Assembly (NCBI GenBank): GCA_963662405.2
Contig: CAXXKT010000001.1
Coordinates: 160,001-224,000, forward strand
Source of the DNA: Syntrophales bacterium
GTDB taxonomy: Bacteria; Desulfobacterota; Syntrophia; Syntrophales; UBA2210
Length of the DNA: 64,000 bases
Direction: 5' to 3'
Of the stretch, positions 18,838-29,067 are shown piece after piece; position 1 is the first letter of the stretch, and every line of letters starts with the position of its first letter. The position numbers were made by a program, and so were the translations under genes. The notes beneath the pieces were generated by a model that saw nothing but the letters and a program-made list of their open reading frames with translations, was not told the origin of the DNA and did not search any database.

Positions 18838-20919
18838 TTACCGGCATACCGACATCTTGATGCACTCTGTAATAATGGGGATAATGACTTCCGGCTCCGG
18901 TAGGTATACCGGCAGCGATGTCTCTTTCTCGACCCGCTCAATCAGGTCATGCCAGTCCTGTGATCCCTTCAGACAGATGAGCTCCTCGATGGTTCGCGAG
19001 AGGGCGTCGGAGGCGCCACTGATGGCATAGAGTTCGACCAGCGCGAATTTTCCTTCCAGGCTGTCCGGTTTTTTCTCCTCATACCGTTCCCAACAGACCG
19101 TTGCCGGGCGAATCTTTCCTTTGCTAAGAAAAGACTCCCCCAGGACACGGAGGGCACCCGCCAGATCCGGATCGAGCGCCAGGGCATGGCGGGCCTCCTC
19201 AACCGCCTGATCGTACTTCCCCAGCTTGAGCAGGACTACTCCCAGGGTACAGTGAAGAGAGGCGTTTTCCGGCCATGACGAGAGCGCCGCCGTGATCGTA
19301 TTGTGAGCTTCCGAAATATCACCCTTCCGAGTGAGACACGCGGCAAGATCATTGTAGATGGGCCAGTACCCGGGATAGGCCTCCAGGGCGGACCGGAAAA
19401 ATGTCAGTGCCGTGTCATACTCACCCTTGATATACAGATGATGAGCCCCGAGGTTATAGAGGTTCACCCCCCGGTTCGAAAGATTCATCTGCCGGTTCAG
19501 CTTCAGTGCCCGGGAAAACGTCTCATAGGCTTCGTCGTACAGTCCCAGACGCACGTAGGCCGTCCCCAGGTTGTTATAAGAGCGGCTCGATGCGGGGGCC
19601 TTGTGGACATTGTCCGACCAGAGAAGCAGGGGGGACTGAAAGAGCGTGTTCCGAAGGGAAACGGTGTGACCCTGTGCCCAGAGCAGAAACACACACAGCG
19701 CCGCCGTCGTAATCTGGAGCCGTTTCGTATATGAAAAGTAATCCAGGATCCGGACGATGAAGATGGCGACCGGGACAAAAAACAGCATCGACGGTATATA
19801 GTTCCTGTGCTCGTAAATGAGCTCCAGCGGGATGATGGAACCTTCAATGACGTGATTGAGAAAAAAGAAGAGGATACAAAAAGAGATAAGGGGTCTCTTC
19901 CGGGAGAGGTATGCGGCAAGGGTGACGGTACCGGCGATGAGGATAATGGCCGGCAGGGTATCCCAGGGCGACAGGAGCGAGTGCGACAGTTCGATATCGT
20001 GAATCAGCGCCAGCCGGGAACTGACGGGATACAGGAGGAGCGTGACGTACCAGACGATAACCCGTGGTTCCGTGAGAAGCCTCTCGGTCATCGTGAAGGG
20101 ACGATTTTCATACCCGGCCAGAAGCCTTGAAATATCAACATACCACAGACCGACTGCCAGAACGCCCAAAATGACGGGAACGAGGACCATGGCATTCTTT
20201 TTGATATTTTCGCGCGTCACTCCCTGGATCAACAGAAAATCATAAAGCCATATGCTGACCGAGAGCATGACAGCGTTTTCCTTGGCGGCAAAGGAGAGTA
20301 CCGCCGAGAGGACACACAGCCCCCAGAAGCATGTCCGCCTCCACGGTCCGTCGGTCATTCTCCCCTTGAGGTAGAAATAGAGGGCCATGATGTACAGGAG
20401 CCCGGCCAGGCTCGCCATCCGCTGGACGATATAGGTGACAGCAGTTGTCTGCACCGGGCTGGTTGCCCAGAAGACCGTGGCGAGGAGCGCGATACCGTAG
20501 GAGGCGGAATCAGATCGCTCACGGACCATTGGAAGCTTCAACGTATTGTACAGAAAGAGAAAGAGAAAGAGCGATGCCAGGTAATGAATCCCGAAATTGA
20601 CGATGTGATATCCCACGACATCCAAACCGCCGACATAGTAGTTCAGGGCGAAGCTGAGATACGAAAGGGGCCTGCCGATAGAGTCTTTCCCCGGTTCATA
20701 TAGCGTCTTTGCTATGTCGGCCCGGTCAAGGGTCTTCAGAAAGATATTCCTGTTTTCGACGATATTCGGGGTATCGTCGAATTGCCATGCGCCATGAAAG
20801 CTGTTTCCGTAGATGACAATCAGAAAGAGGAAGAGTGTGATACCGACAAAGAGATACCGCCTTCCTTCGGGGAACCGTTCTCCCCAGCGCAGATCGAATC
20901 CGTCGTCTCTCGTGATCAT
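18838..20919 (-). CDS. TMTC-like polytopic membrane protein with C-terminal TPRs (putative GT-C protein glycosyltransferase), 693 aa
   Basis: WQFDD acidic motif after TM1, RPLSYLSFALNY, AVTYIVQR, KENA, EHRNYIPS, TPRs (YNNLG, LYNLG); ATGA overlap with upstream gene. Confidence 0.85.
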   Translation of the reverse strand: MITRDDGFDLRWGERFPEGRRYLFVGITLFLFLIVIYGNSFHGAWQFDDTPNIVENRNIFLKTLDRADIAKTLYEPGKDSIGRPLSYLSFALNYYVGGLDVVGYHIVNFGIHYLASLFLFLFLYNTLKLPMVRERSDSASYGIALLATVFWATSPVQTTAVTYIVQRMASLAGLLYIMALYFYLKGRMTDGPWRRTCFWGLCVLSAVLSFAAKENAVMLSVSIWLYDFLLIQGVTRENIKKNAMVLVPVILGVLAVGLWYVDISRLLAGYENRPFTMTERLLTEPRVIVWYVTLLLYPVSSRLALIHDIELSHSLLSPWDTLPAIILIAGTVTLAAYLSRKRPLISFCILFFFLNHVIEGSIIPLELIYEHRNYIPSMLFFVPVAIFIVRILDYFSYTKRLQITTAALCVFLLWAQGHTVSLRNTLFQSPLLLWSDNVHKAPASSRSYNNLGTAYVRLGLYDEAYETFSRALKLNRQMNLSNRGVNLYNLGAHHLYIKGEYDTALTFFRSALEAYPGYWPIYNDLAACLTRKGDISEAHNTITAALSSWPENASLHCTLGVVLLKLGKYDQAVEEARHALALDPDLAGALRVLGESFLSKGKIRPATVCWERYEEKKPDSLEGKFALVELYAISGASDALSRTIEELICLKGSQDWHDLIERVEKETSLPVYLPEPEVIIPIITECIKMSVCR

Positions 20920-21845
20920 CTCCTGCTCCCCGTCAGTTCCCGTGTAAGAAGAAGGCTGAAGACCGGCCCCAGGACAAAAATGGGGATCAGCGAGGCCGCC
21001 CTGATGAGGAGTGACGCCATGAAACCCATCCCGGCACCCATCCCCAGGAATTCCGAGGCGAGCGTGGCAATGGCCTCCGAGATACCGAGGTTCCCCGGCG
21101 TGACCCGGATAAAGATGGAAAAACTGAAAAATATACTGATCACGAAAGGTAGGCCGAACGACACGGGACCGCCGGAGAGCGCATTGAACGCCAACCAGAA
21201 CGCGATCCCGTTCAGGAGGACCGTGGCGGATGTACACAGGGCAAGTCTTGTCAAGATCGCCGGGTCCTTTCGTATCAGGAGCCATCCTTCAACAGCGCTG
21301 TTGAGAAAAGCGATCGCGGGGTGTTCTCCGGGAACCCTGACGGCGGGCATCACCCCACAGAATGAAAAAATCAGTACCATCGCCACAAAGAACAGGATCA
21401 ATTCCTTCGAGTACGCCGCCTCCTCCGCCAGGAGCACAACTCCGGCAATCCCCGCAATCCCGGAGATCCACCAGTAGATCAGGTAGCTGGCCCCGAGGAC
21501 CGATACAAATTTCGCATAGGGGAAAGAATGCCGATACTTCAAATAGGATGCCCGGGCGAACATCCCACCGGCAAAGGGGGTAATGTAGTTTCCCATGGCG
21601 GTGACGAAGGGGAGTCCGAACCACTCTTTCGCCCTCAGCACAACACCGAACTTGGACGCGACCACCCGCAGCAGGAGACCGTTAAAGGCGTGAAAAAGGA
21701 GTAGAACCGCGATCAGTTCCGCTGTCGTGATCAGGTTGATATGCTCGAGGTAGCCGAACAGATGACGCTGGGATACGAGGGAAGCCGCGATGGCAACGAC
21801 CGAAACCACCGTCGCGCATATTATCCATATGTGTCTTTTCCCCAT
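20916..21845 (-). CDS. Lysylphosphatidylglycerol-synthase-TM / flippase-like (UPF0104) membrane protein
   Basis: MGNYITPFAGG..RA.YLK, TPGNLGISEA; multi-TM. Confidence 0.85.
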   Translation of the reverse strand: MGKRHIWIICATVVSVVAIAASLVSQRHLFGYLEHINLITTAELIAVLLLFHAFNGLLLRVVASKFGVVLRAKEWFGLPFVTAMGNYITPFAGGMFARASYLKYRHSFPYAKFVSVLGASYLIYWWISGIAGIAGVVLLAEEAAYSKELILFFVAMVLIFSFCGVMPAVRVPGEHPAIAFLNSAVEGWLLIRKDPAILTRLALCTSATVLLNGIAFWLAFNALSGGPVSFGLPFVISIFFSFSIFIRVTPGNLGISEAIATLASEFLGMGAGMGFMASLLIRAASLIPIFVLGPVFSLLLTRELTGSRR

Positions 21846-21991
21846 TGTATCGCGAACCCCGTGTTACCGAACCATTATCCGTCTTTTTGGAAAGTGATAC
21901 CTCTTCAGTTTTCGATGCTACTCTGTGCCCGTCTTCCCTGCCAATCATATTCGGCAGAGCCCTTGCTCACCATATCGTGCCCGTTTTGTAT

Positions 21992-23074
21992 TCAGGCATA
22001 CCGTCTCAGGTATGCCACTATACTGTCAGAAGGTGAAACAGCGCTCCTTATCGGACCTATCCGATATCGACCGGAGTGCCTGATAAAATCTACGGTTCTG
22101 TTTTTATCATAATTGCTTATAACGACATTTCCCTTCATCCCTTCGGTCCGTTCCGTCACCCGCCGCAACAAGAGACAGGGTTTCCCCAGGTAATAGCTCT
22201 CTTCCTGATTGCTTCCCCCGTCAGTGACCAGGCATGTCGACCGGTTGAGGAGGTGAATAAAGGTAAAATAGTCGTAGCGGGGGTGAAGCTCGATGGAGGG
22301 ATTGGTTTCCAGACGTTTTCTCAGATTGAAGCGGGCAAGCGCTCGATCGGTAACCGGATGGAGGATAAAGACAACCCGGATATACCGGGCAACCGTCTCG
22401 ATCAGAGACAGTGTCTGTTCAAAGGAGGAACGTGAGCACAGATTCTCGAAACGGTGAACACTGGCAATGCAATACGTTCTGTCGGGAATGCTCATCCTGG
22501 TTGTTTTCTCCTGCAGGGCGCGGTTCAGAGCGTCAAGCAGTGTATTGTGTTCGGTATTGATTTTGATACCCTTTTGTTTTTTCAGATTATGTACAGCCCA
22601 CTGCCCCGGACAGAAGTAGATGGCGGACAGGCGGAAGGTTATGCGCCGGATCAGCTCTTCAGGAAAAGGATTCCACAGGTCAAAGGAGCTCAGGCCAGCC
22701 TCTACATGCGCAACCGGAATGCGCGCGATTCGCCCCATCACCCCCCCTACAAGCGTGGAAAAGGTGTCACCGTGAACGAGGATAATTGAATCCCTCCCCC
22801 GGCCCCTCTGGAACAGGCCGGTTCTCCGGGAAAAGGTCTTCAATGACAGTTTCACGATCCACACCAGCATGGAAGGGATGGATGTGATCTCTCTGCCGGA
22901 ATGCAGGATGAAATCCGGTGATTTAATAGCAAAGTTTTCGCGCAGGTCATCCATGGTTTCCCGGTGCTGACCTGTCAGGATGAAGGTGTACGGAATGTTC
23001 TCCTCTTGGAGCCGGAGCATCACCGGTGCCATCTTGATCAACTGAGCCTTTGTTCCAATTATGATATGTATCAT
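21992..23074 (-). CDS. UDP-N-acetylglucosamine 2-epimerase family protein
   Basis: GTKAQLIKMAP, TGQH, VHGDT, HVEAGL, PFPEE, HRFEN, TDGGSNQEE. Confidence 0.9.
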   Translation of the reverse strand: MIHIIIGTKAQLIKMAPVMLRLQEENIPYTFILTGQHRETMDDLRENFAIKSPDFILHSGREITSIPSMLVWIVKLSLKTFSRRTGLFQRGRGRDSIILVHGDTFSTLVGGVMGRIARIPVAHVEAGLSSFDLWNPFPEELIRRITFRLSAIYFCPGQWAVHNLKKQKGIKINTEHNTLLDALNRALQEKTTRMSIPDRTYCIASVHRFENLCSRSSFEQTLSLIETVARYIRVVFILHPVTDRALARFNLRKRLETNPSIELHPRYDYFTFIHLLNRSTCLVTDGGSNQEESYYLGKPCLLLRRVTERTEGMKGNVVISNYDKNRTVDFIRHSGRYRIGPIRSAVSPSDSIVAYLRRYA

Positions 23075-23123
23075 TGCCACAGTGGTCTTGTGAAAGTCAC
23101 ACAGAAGGAGTCCCGCATACCGA

Positions 23124-24047
23124 TCAGACGATATCTTTTTCCCCCGCATTATTGTCCCGGGAACGGCATTCTTCACCGGAAGCCTTCGCCCCATCGAACC
23201 GGAGCTGCGCTACCTGTTCCGACACGAGTCCCACCATGAAGACCACCACCGAAACCGTCATCAGCATCGCCGAGGTCGGCCCGTACCGTTCCCCGAGGCA
23301 GAAGATCTTGAAGAGGCCGTACCCCAGCCCCGTGAGGAACATGATACCACTGACGGGGAGGAAAACCCGCATAGGCGAAAAGAGGGTCGCCACCTTGACG
23401 ATGATCAGGAAAAAACGCGAGCCGTCCCGCAGGGGACGGATCTTACTGGTTCCCACGCGGCGGTGGGTCGTCACCGGGACGTAGACGAGGCTGTAACCGG
23501 AACGGACCACCGCCATCGTGATGGTCGTCGGGTAGGAAAAGGTGTTGGGGAGAAGGGATACAAACTGGCGAGCTATATCGGTTTTGATTACCCTGAATCC
23601 CGATGTCAGGTCTTCGATCCTGCGGCGACACATGTACGTGGCGAACCGGCTGTACAACCGGTTCGCTGTCCTGCGCAGGACGGATTGCCTCGAGTCGTTC
23701 CTCCGGGCTCCGACTGCCATGTCATAGGTATCCATCATCTCCACGAGGCGGGGGATATCACCCGGCTCATGCTGCCCATCTCCGTCGAGCGTCACGAGGA
23801 TATCACCCCGGGCGTTCCTGATCCCGGTCTTGACCGCCGCTCCGTTGCCGATGTTATACGGATGAGACAGCACGTGTGCCCCTGCCCGTCTCGCCTCCGT
23901 GGCCGTTTCGTCATCCGATCCGTCATCGATCACCAGTATCTCGCAGCTGCGGCCCATCGTATCCATGACCCGGCGTGTCTCCTCGATAATACCGAAGATC
24001 GCCCTTCCTTCGCGATACGCGGGAATGATGATTGTTATCTCGGGCAT
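23124..24047 (-). CDS. GT2 glycosyltransferase (DPM1-like polyprenyl-phosphate glycosyltransferase)
   Basis: IIIPAY, IDDGSDD, GNGAAVKTG, DGDGQH, DLTSGFR, two C-terminal TM helices. Confidence 0.9.
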   Translation of the reverse strand: MPEITIIIPAYREGRAIFGIIEETRRVMDTMGRSCEILVIDDGSDDETATEARRAGAHVLSHPYNIGNGAAVKTGIRNARGDILVTLDGDGQHEPGDIPRLVEMMDTYDMAVGARRNDSRQSVLRRTANRLYSRFATYMCRRRIEDLTSGFRVIKTDIARQFVSLLPNTFSYPTTITMAVVRSGYSLVYVPVTTHRRVGTSKIRPLRDGSRFFLIIVKVATLFSPMRVFLPVSGIMFLTGLGYGLFKIFCLGERYGPTSAMLMTVSVVVFMVGLVSEQVAQLRFDGAKASGEECRSRDNNAGEKDIV

Positions 24048-24302
24048 GGCATGGGTCTCGCTTTCGTTCGGTCCCCTCTCGGTGGAAACACCCCGTATAG
24101 ATATACTTTCCGACGTACTATTTGCAAGAAGATTCTGTGAAACACATTGACATTTCAACATTATATCCATATAACAACGAGGAAGGACGGCGTTGTCGCG
24201 AGTTCCGGCCGGTGCCCGGCATCAACGAGGTCAATACGATATTGCCCCCGAGGGATACCGGGGTGTGTCGGGGAGGAACGGCACGCACGAAAGGTCTTCA
24301 GG

Positions 24303-24800
24303 ATGGAAACCGCCCTCAGCTCAAGACCGAGAAGTGACCACGGCTTCACCATGGTGGAAGTGATCACCGTTCTCATCATCGTCGGTATCGTGGTCGCAAT
24401 CGCCGTGGTCGGGTTTCTATCAACGGATACCCACGCCACGAAATCACAGTTCGAAATGGTCAAGGCCCACCTCCGCTATGCCCAGGCGCGCGCGATGCAC
24501 TCCAATTCCGCGTGGGGTGTCAACTTCTCCGGCACGCGGAGTTATGACGGCAGGACATACAGCAACTACTGGCTCTATAAAAACGAAGATACCACGACCC
24601 CGGTTCGATTCCAGGTCGAGGATGATTCACGGTATATTGTGGTATTCAGTGACGGTTCCGTCGGGGTCTGGCCGCTTACCATCGGAACAGCGGCGACGGT
24701 CGAGTTCAATAAGTGGGGAAGCCCGGGCTCCAGCACGATCACGATCACGACAAACGCCGGCAATATCGTCATTACCCGGAATACCGGCTATATCGATTGA
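24303..24800 (+). CDS. Minor pilin/pseudopilin (FimT/GspH-like)
   Basis: HG/FTMVEVITVLIIVGI; LRYAQARAM; FNKWGSP. Confidence 0.85.
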   Translation: METALSSRPRSDHGFTMVEVITVLIIVGIVVAIAVVGFLSTDTHATKSQFEMVKAHLRYAQARAMHSNSAWGVNFSGTRSYDGRTYSNYWLYKNEDTTTPVRFQVEDDSRYIVVFSDGSVGVWPLTIGTAATVEFNKWGSPGSSTITITTNAGNIVITRNTGYID

Positions 24801-24817
24801 AAACACAGATCCGTGAT

Positions 24818-26014
24818 ATGGTGTCTGCTATGGGGAAACGATCCAGGCTGAAAAAAACAGGCAAGAGAACCGCCCATTCCCGCATCCGTGATCAGGGGGG
24901 AAGCATTCTCCTGGCCCTCATTATTACCATGGTCATTCTGTCGGTCCTGGCGGCCGCGCTCCTCCCCACCCTGTTCACTTCACAGATGGGACAGGTATCC
25001 GCAGGCGGGGCGATGAAGGCATACTATCTCGCCGAGGCGGGGGGAAGGTACATACTCCCGAGACTGAATGTATTTACGAGCGGAGAATACACCTTTAAAT
25101 TCAGCGGCGGCGACACGTTCTTCATAATAAATAAAATCTCCGCTACGGAGTTTACATCCACGGGTGTTGTCTTCGAGGGTACCGATCTCGAATCGCGTGT
25201 GGCGATTACCTATAAACTGTCGGGCGGTCTCTTCGATTACGGCGTGTTCGGCGGTGAAGAGGTCACGTTTCGCGGTCTCGTTTCCGTCAATGGTAAGATA
25301 GGAACGAACGGGTCCTCGATCAATCCAAACTTTTTTCCGGGAGAAACATTAGTGGGGAAAGACATGACACCGAAATCCCTCCCTTCCGGTGTGGATCGTG
25401 ACGTTGCGGAGAGTGAATGGGAGGATATCGACCAGATCACTGATTCAATCACTTTGGAAGATGGACATCAGTATTTCGCAGATGAAATAAGCCTTTCAGG
25501 ATCCGGTCCTTCCGCACAGGTTCTCACGATAAGCGGGGATGTCGACCTCTGGGTCGATGGACCAATAAGCTTCTCAGGCAATGCTAGGTTGAGAATTGAA
25601 GAGGGGGCTTCACTGAACCTCTATGCCGCGGGATCAACAAACTTTTCTGACTGGGCTCAAGTGCGTTTCGAAGAGGGGGCTTCGCTGACCCTCTATGCCA
25701 TGGAGGACGTTAGTTTTTCAGATCAGTCGGGCACGAATTACTTAATCCCAACGGTACCTGCGGATCATTTTATTGTATATGGGATTCCCGGTTGTAATAA
25801 CATCACTTTTTCCGACTGGTGCGACATTTCCATCGGCGTCTACGCGCCGGATGCCGATATTACCATAAGCGATTTCGTCCATGTTCGTGGGTCGCTCGTC
25901 GGAGAGACGTTTACCATGACCGACTTGGCACACCTGACGTACGATGAGTCTTTACAGAGTATCGGCGACAGCGGTACCAGCACGAGCGTTGTGCAGTATT
26001 TTACGCCGGATTAG
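24818..26014 (+). CDS. PilX-like minor pilin with beta-helix-like C-terminal repeats (start 24818 or 24830)
   Basis: DQGG/SILLALII lacking Glu5, KAYYLAEAG, VYAPDADITI; 24-aa internal repeat. Confidence 0.8.
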   Translation: MVSAMGKRSRLKKTGKRTAHSRIRDQGGSILLALIITMVILSVLAAALLPTLFTSQMGQVSAGGAMKAYYLAEAGGRYILPRLNVFTSGEYTFKFSGGDTFFIINKISATEFTSTGVVFEGTDLESRVAITYKLSGGLFDYGVFGGEEVTFRGLVSVNGKIGTNGSSINPNFFPGETLVGKDMTPKSLPSGVDRDVAESEWEDIDQITDSITLEDGHQYFADEISLSGSGPSAQVLTISGDVDLWVDGPISFSGNARLRIEEGASLNLYAAGSTNFSDWAQVRFEEGASLTLYAMEDVSFSDQSGTNYLIPTVPADHFIVYGIPGCNNITFSDWCDISIGVYAPDADITISDFVHVRGSLVGETFTMTDLAHLTYDESLQSIGDSGTSTSVVQYFTPD

Positions 26015-26048
26015 ATTTACCCGGGCAGGCAATCATCAGGGGAAAGAT

Positions 26049-26480
26049 ATGGTCTCACATTTTAATCAGAAAGGGTTTTCCCTGATCGAGGTTATCGTCA
26101 CCCTCGTCCTGGTAGCCATCGTGGGGGCCATGGTGGTGTCCTTTATGGGGTCAACAACGAGGCAGACCGGGAAGACCCTGGCATGGTTGAGCGATGAATT
26201 CGAGCTGTCTCACGTGATGGAACAAATCGTTGCCGACTACCGGGAGGAACTGAACAGCACCCCCCCGAACTGGGCAACTTTTTTCGGCAGCAGGGACACC
26301 GTGGGCGAGATCAACACCCGGTATGGGGCCGACATTGATGACGTGAATGTAGAGCCAACCGCTTTTCAGGCCGATCCCTCTCCCTCTACCGATTACACGG
26401 AGAACGGGGCCGACAGCTCCGTACAGAAAGTTACATTAAAAAAGGGAAAACAGACACTGATCACCCTCTTTACTGAATAG
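26049..26480 (+). CDS. Minor pilin (PilV-like)
   Basis: NQKG/FSLIEVIVTLVLVAIVG. Confidence 0.85.
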   Translation: MVSHFNQKGFSLIEVIVTLVLVAIVGAMVVSFMGSTTRQTGKTLAWLSDEFELSHVMEQIVADYREELNSTPPNWATFFGSRDTVGEINTRYGADIDDVNVEPTAFQADPSPSTDYTENGADSSVQKVTLKKGKQTLITLFTE

Positions 26481-26497
26481 TCATGCGATAAGGGAAG

Positions 26498-27646
26498 ATG
26501 AAGAAGGAAGCGGGCTTCACACTGATTGAAATCATTATGGTGCTGATCCTGACGGGGATGCTGGTTGCCGCCGCGGGAATCGGCATCATGAGGGGGATCG
26601 ACGGCTATATCCTCTCAAAGGAGTCGTCCCACCTGAGTCAGAAGGCCCAGCTGGCCATGGAACGGATGCGGCGGGAAATGGTCCAGATCCGGGGCATATC
26701 ATCCGCGACCGCTTCTTCCATCGAGTTTACGACACCGGACGGGGCGGCCTCCGCGGGGAGTCGGGGAATCGGCCTTTCCGGGAACGAACTCAAAATTTCC
26801 GTCGGATCGACGAACTGGTCCGGCGGCGACATACTGATCAATGGCGTGAGCAGCCTGACATTGACCTATTACAAGGAAGACGGTTCGTCATGGACGACGG
26901 CAAGCACTATCCGTGAACTGGCCACGATACGAATGGATCTCGTTCTTGATCATTCTATCGAGGGGGCAACACCCCTCCGGGTCACCACCTACGTCAACCC
27001 GCGGAACACCGGGAACCCCCTGGCTCCCGAGGCAGACGGGTCGGGAGGAGCCCCAACCCCGACGACGACCACCACGACAACGACTACCACAACAACCACG
27101 ACGACTACGACGACTACGACCACCACCACGACAACGACTACCACTACTACGACTACTACAACAACTACGACGACCACCACGCTTCCCACGCCCCGATTCT
27201 GGGAATACAGTTGTGACACGACCGATTACGCGACCGTCGCGGCGGGGAATGTGTCGTCAACCCGCGAGCTAAACAGTGCCTCCCTGTATTCCGTACATGT
27301 GGACACGAGTTCTTCCAGATCGGGGACTTCCGGCCCGAACAACTGGGAATTCAACTATATGTACGACTATGCCTGGCTGTATATCGACCGACCGACACGG
27401 GTCCGGTTTCACCTCGATGCCGACAACTGGGGACATGGCAAAAGGATCGCTGTGTACGCGAATGGTGATCTCCTGGACATTTTTACCGGGGACAGAAACA
27501 CGCGATCATACGACGGTTGGAACTGCGATACGGGGTACTTTACCGAATACAATGACGAGGACAACGTGAAGATCGAACTGAGACGGATCTGGTCCAGTGA
27601 CGGTGAACTGCATATCGATGACGTCCATATAGACTGTGACGACTGA
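26498..27646 (+). CDS. Minor pilin (PilW-like) with 40-Thr linker and extra C-terminal domain
   Basis: KEAG/FTLIEIIMVL, QKAQLAMERM, VNPRN, then poly-Thr and an aromatic/Asp-rich domain. Confidence 0.88.
   Translation: MKKEAGFTLIEIIMVLILTGMLVAAAGIGIMRGIDGYILSKESSHLSQKAQLAMERMRREMVQIRGISSATASSIEFTTPDGAASAGSRGIGLSGNELKISVGSTNWSGGDILINGVSSLTLTYYKEDGSSWTTASTIRELATIRMDLVLDHSIEGATPLRVTTYVNPRNTGNPLAPEADGSGGAPTPTTTTTTTTTTTTTTTTTTTTTTTTTTTTTTTTTTTTTTTTLPTPRFWEYSCDTTDYATVAAGNVSSTRELNSASLYSVHVDTSSSRSGTSGPNNWEFNYMYDYAWLYIDRPTRVRFHLDADNWGHGKRIAVYANGDLLDIFTGDRNTRSYDGWNCDTGYFTEYNDEDNVKIELRRIWSSDGELHIDDVHIDCDD
27062..27181 (+). repeat. (ACN)40 poly-threonine coding tract
   Basis: 120 bp using all four Thr codons in irregular order. 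Confidence 0.95.
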
Positions 27647-27696
27647 TCCCCTTACGTCAAAGAGGAACGGCACTCCCACCGATGGTGAAAAGGATT

Positions 27697-29022
27697 CTAC
27701 GATTTCACGCTATCTTTCACCCGCTCGGCTATCTTTCGCACCCGATCCATCGCCTCGTCCATATCGATCGTGAGGAGCCGGCGGTCTTCCATGACCGTCT
27801 TCCCGTCTATGATCACCGTCTTGACGTCCGATCCGCTCATGGTGTAGGCGATGTGGGAATATTCGTCATAAAGCGGCGTCAGGTGGGGCTTGTTCAGATC
27901 GATGATAATGATATCCGCCCGCATCCCCTCTTTCAGTGACCCCACCATGTCCCCCATCCCCAACACACGGGCGCCGTCCCGCGTCGCCATCCGCGTCACC
28001 GTCTTCGCGGACATCACCGTGGGATCGAGACGTGCCACCTTTTCAAGCCTCGCTGCCGTGGCCATCTCTCCGAACATGTCGAGATCGTTGTTGCTGGCGC
28101 AGCCGTCGGTCCCCAGACCGACAATAATACCGTGCTCCATCATCCTCGTTACCGGGGCCACTCCCGAGGCCAGCTTCATGTTGCTTTCGGGGTTGTGAAC
28201 GACCTTGCAGCCGTGGTCGGCAAAGATCCGTATGTCCTCATCATCCATGCAGACGCAGTGAAAGGCAAAAAATCGCTCGTCGAGACACCCCAGATCCTTC
28301 AAAAAGGAAACCGCCCCCATCCCGAACCGTTCCTCCAATTGCTGTTTTTCACCCCGGTTTTCGAGGAGGTGAATCGCGAAGGGGATCGCGTACTCATCGG
28401 CCAGGGCCTTCGCCTCCTTGATAACGGAGGGGGAACAGGTGTACAGTGTGTGGGGTTCGACCATGATGTTCACGAGAGGATTCCCCGCCCACTTTTTAAT
28501 CAGCATCCGCGTATACGCCAACCCCTCAGCGGGGGTCTTGGAATTGGGTGAAGGGAAATCGAAGAGCCCCTCCCCGAGGAGGCAGCGCATCCCCGCCCGG
28601 CGGGCGGCCTGGGCGGTCTCGTCCTCGAACATATACATGTCGCAGAAGGTCGTCGTTCCCGATCGGATCATCTCGGCGCAGGCGAGCAGGCTCCCCCAGT
28701 AGGCCAGTTCGGGATCGACATTCCGCGCCTCCGCGGGAAAGATATAGTTATTCAGCCAGTCCATCAATTCCATGTCATCCGCCAGCCCGCGGAAACAGGT
28801 CATCGCCGCGTGCGTATGGGCATTGATCAGACCGGGCATGACCAGACAGTCGCGGGCGTTGATGATCCTGCTCCCTGAATAGCGCCCCTCTATCTCTTCA
28901 GTGGTCCCGACTGCGACGATTGTGTTTCCATTGATGGCAAGAGAAGCGTCACGAATAATAGTGTCCGCTTCGTTCGATGTGAGAATCCGCCCCCCCGATA
29001 TAACGATGTCAACTTCCCGCAT
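27697..29022 (-). CDS. mtaD: Amidohydrolase, MTA/SAH (5'-deoxyadenosine) deaminase family, copy 1
   Basis: PGLINAHTH, FRGLADD, EMIRSGTTTFCDMY, HLLEN, HNPESNMKLASG, GTDGCASNNDLD. Confidence 0.88.
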   Translation of the reverse strand: MREVDIVISGGRILTSNEADTIIRDASLAINGNTIVAVGTTEEIEGRYSGSRIINARDCLVMPGLINAHTHAAMTCFRGLADDMELMDWLNNYIFPAEARNVDPELAYWGSLLACAEMIRSGTTTFCDMYMFEDETAQAARRAGMRCLLGEGLFDFPSPNSKTPAEGLAYTRMLIKKWAGNPLVNIMVEPHTLYTCSPSVIKEAKALADEYAIPFAIHLLENRGEKQQLEERFGMGAVSFLKDLGCLDERFFAFHCVCMDDEDIRIFADHGCKVVHNPESNMKLASGVAPVTRMMEHGIIVGLGTDGCASNNDLDMFGEMATAARLEKVARLDPTVMSAKTVTRMATRDGARVLGMGDMVGSLKEGMRADIIIIDLNKPHLTPLYDEYSHIAYTMSGSDVKTVIIDGKTVMEDRRLLTIDMDEAMDRVRKIAERVKDSVKS

Positions 29023-29067
29023 CTTGATTTCGTCCTCTTGTCCTTGTAAGCAGACATTTCCGGAGCA

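Noticed and set aside
20920..21285. 122-aa N-terminal extension of the TPR membrane protein
   Set aside because: Overlaps the flippase-like gene; ATG 20919 with RBS and ATGA coupling is the better start.
26989..27219. Poly-valine ORF on the minus strand
   Set aside because: Antisense shadow of the poly-Thr tract.
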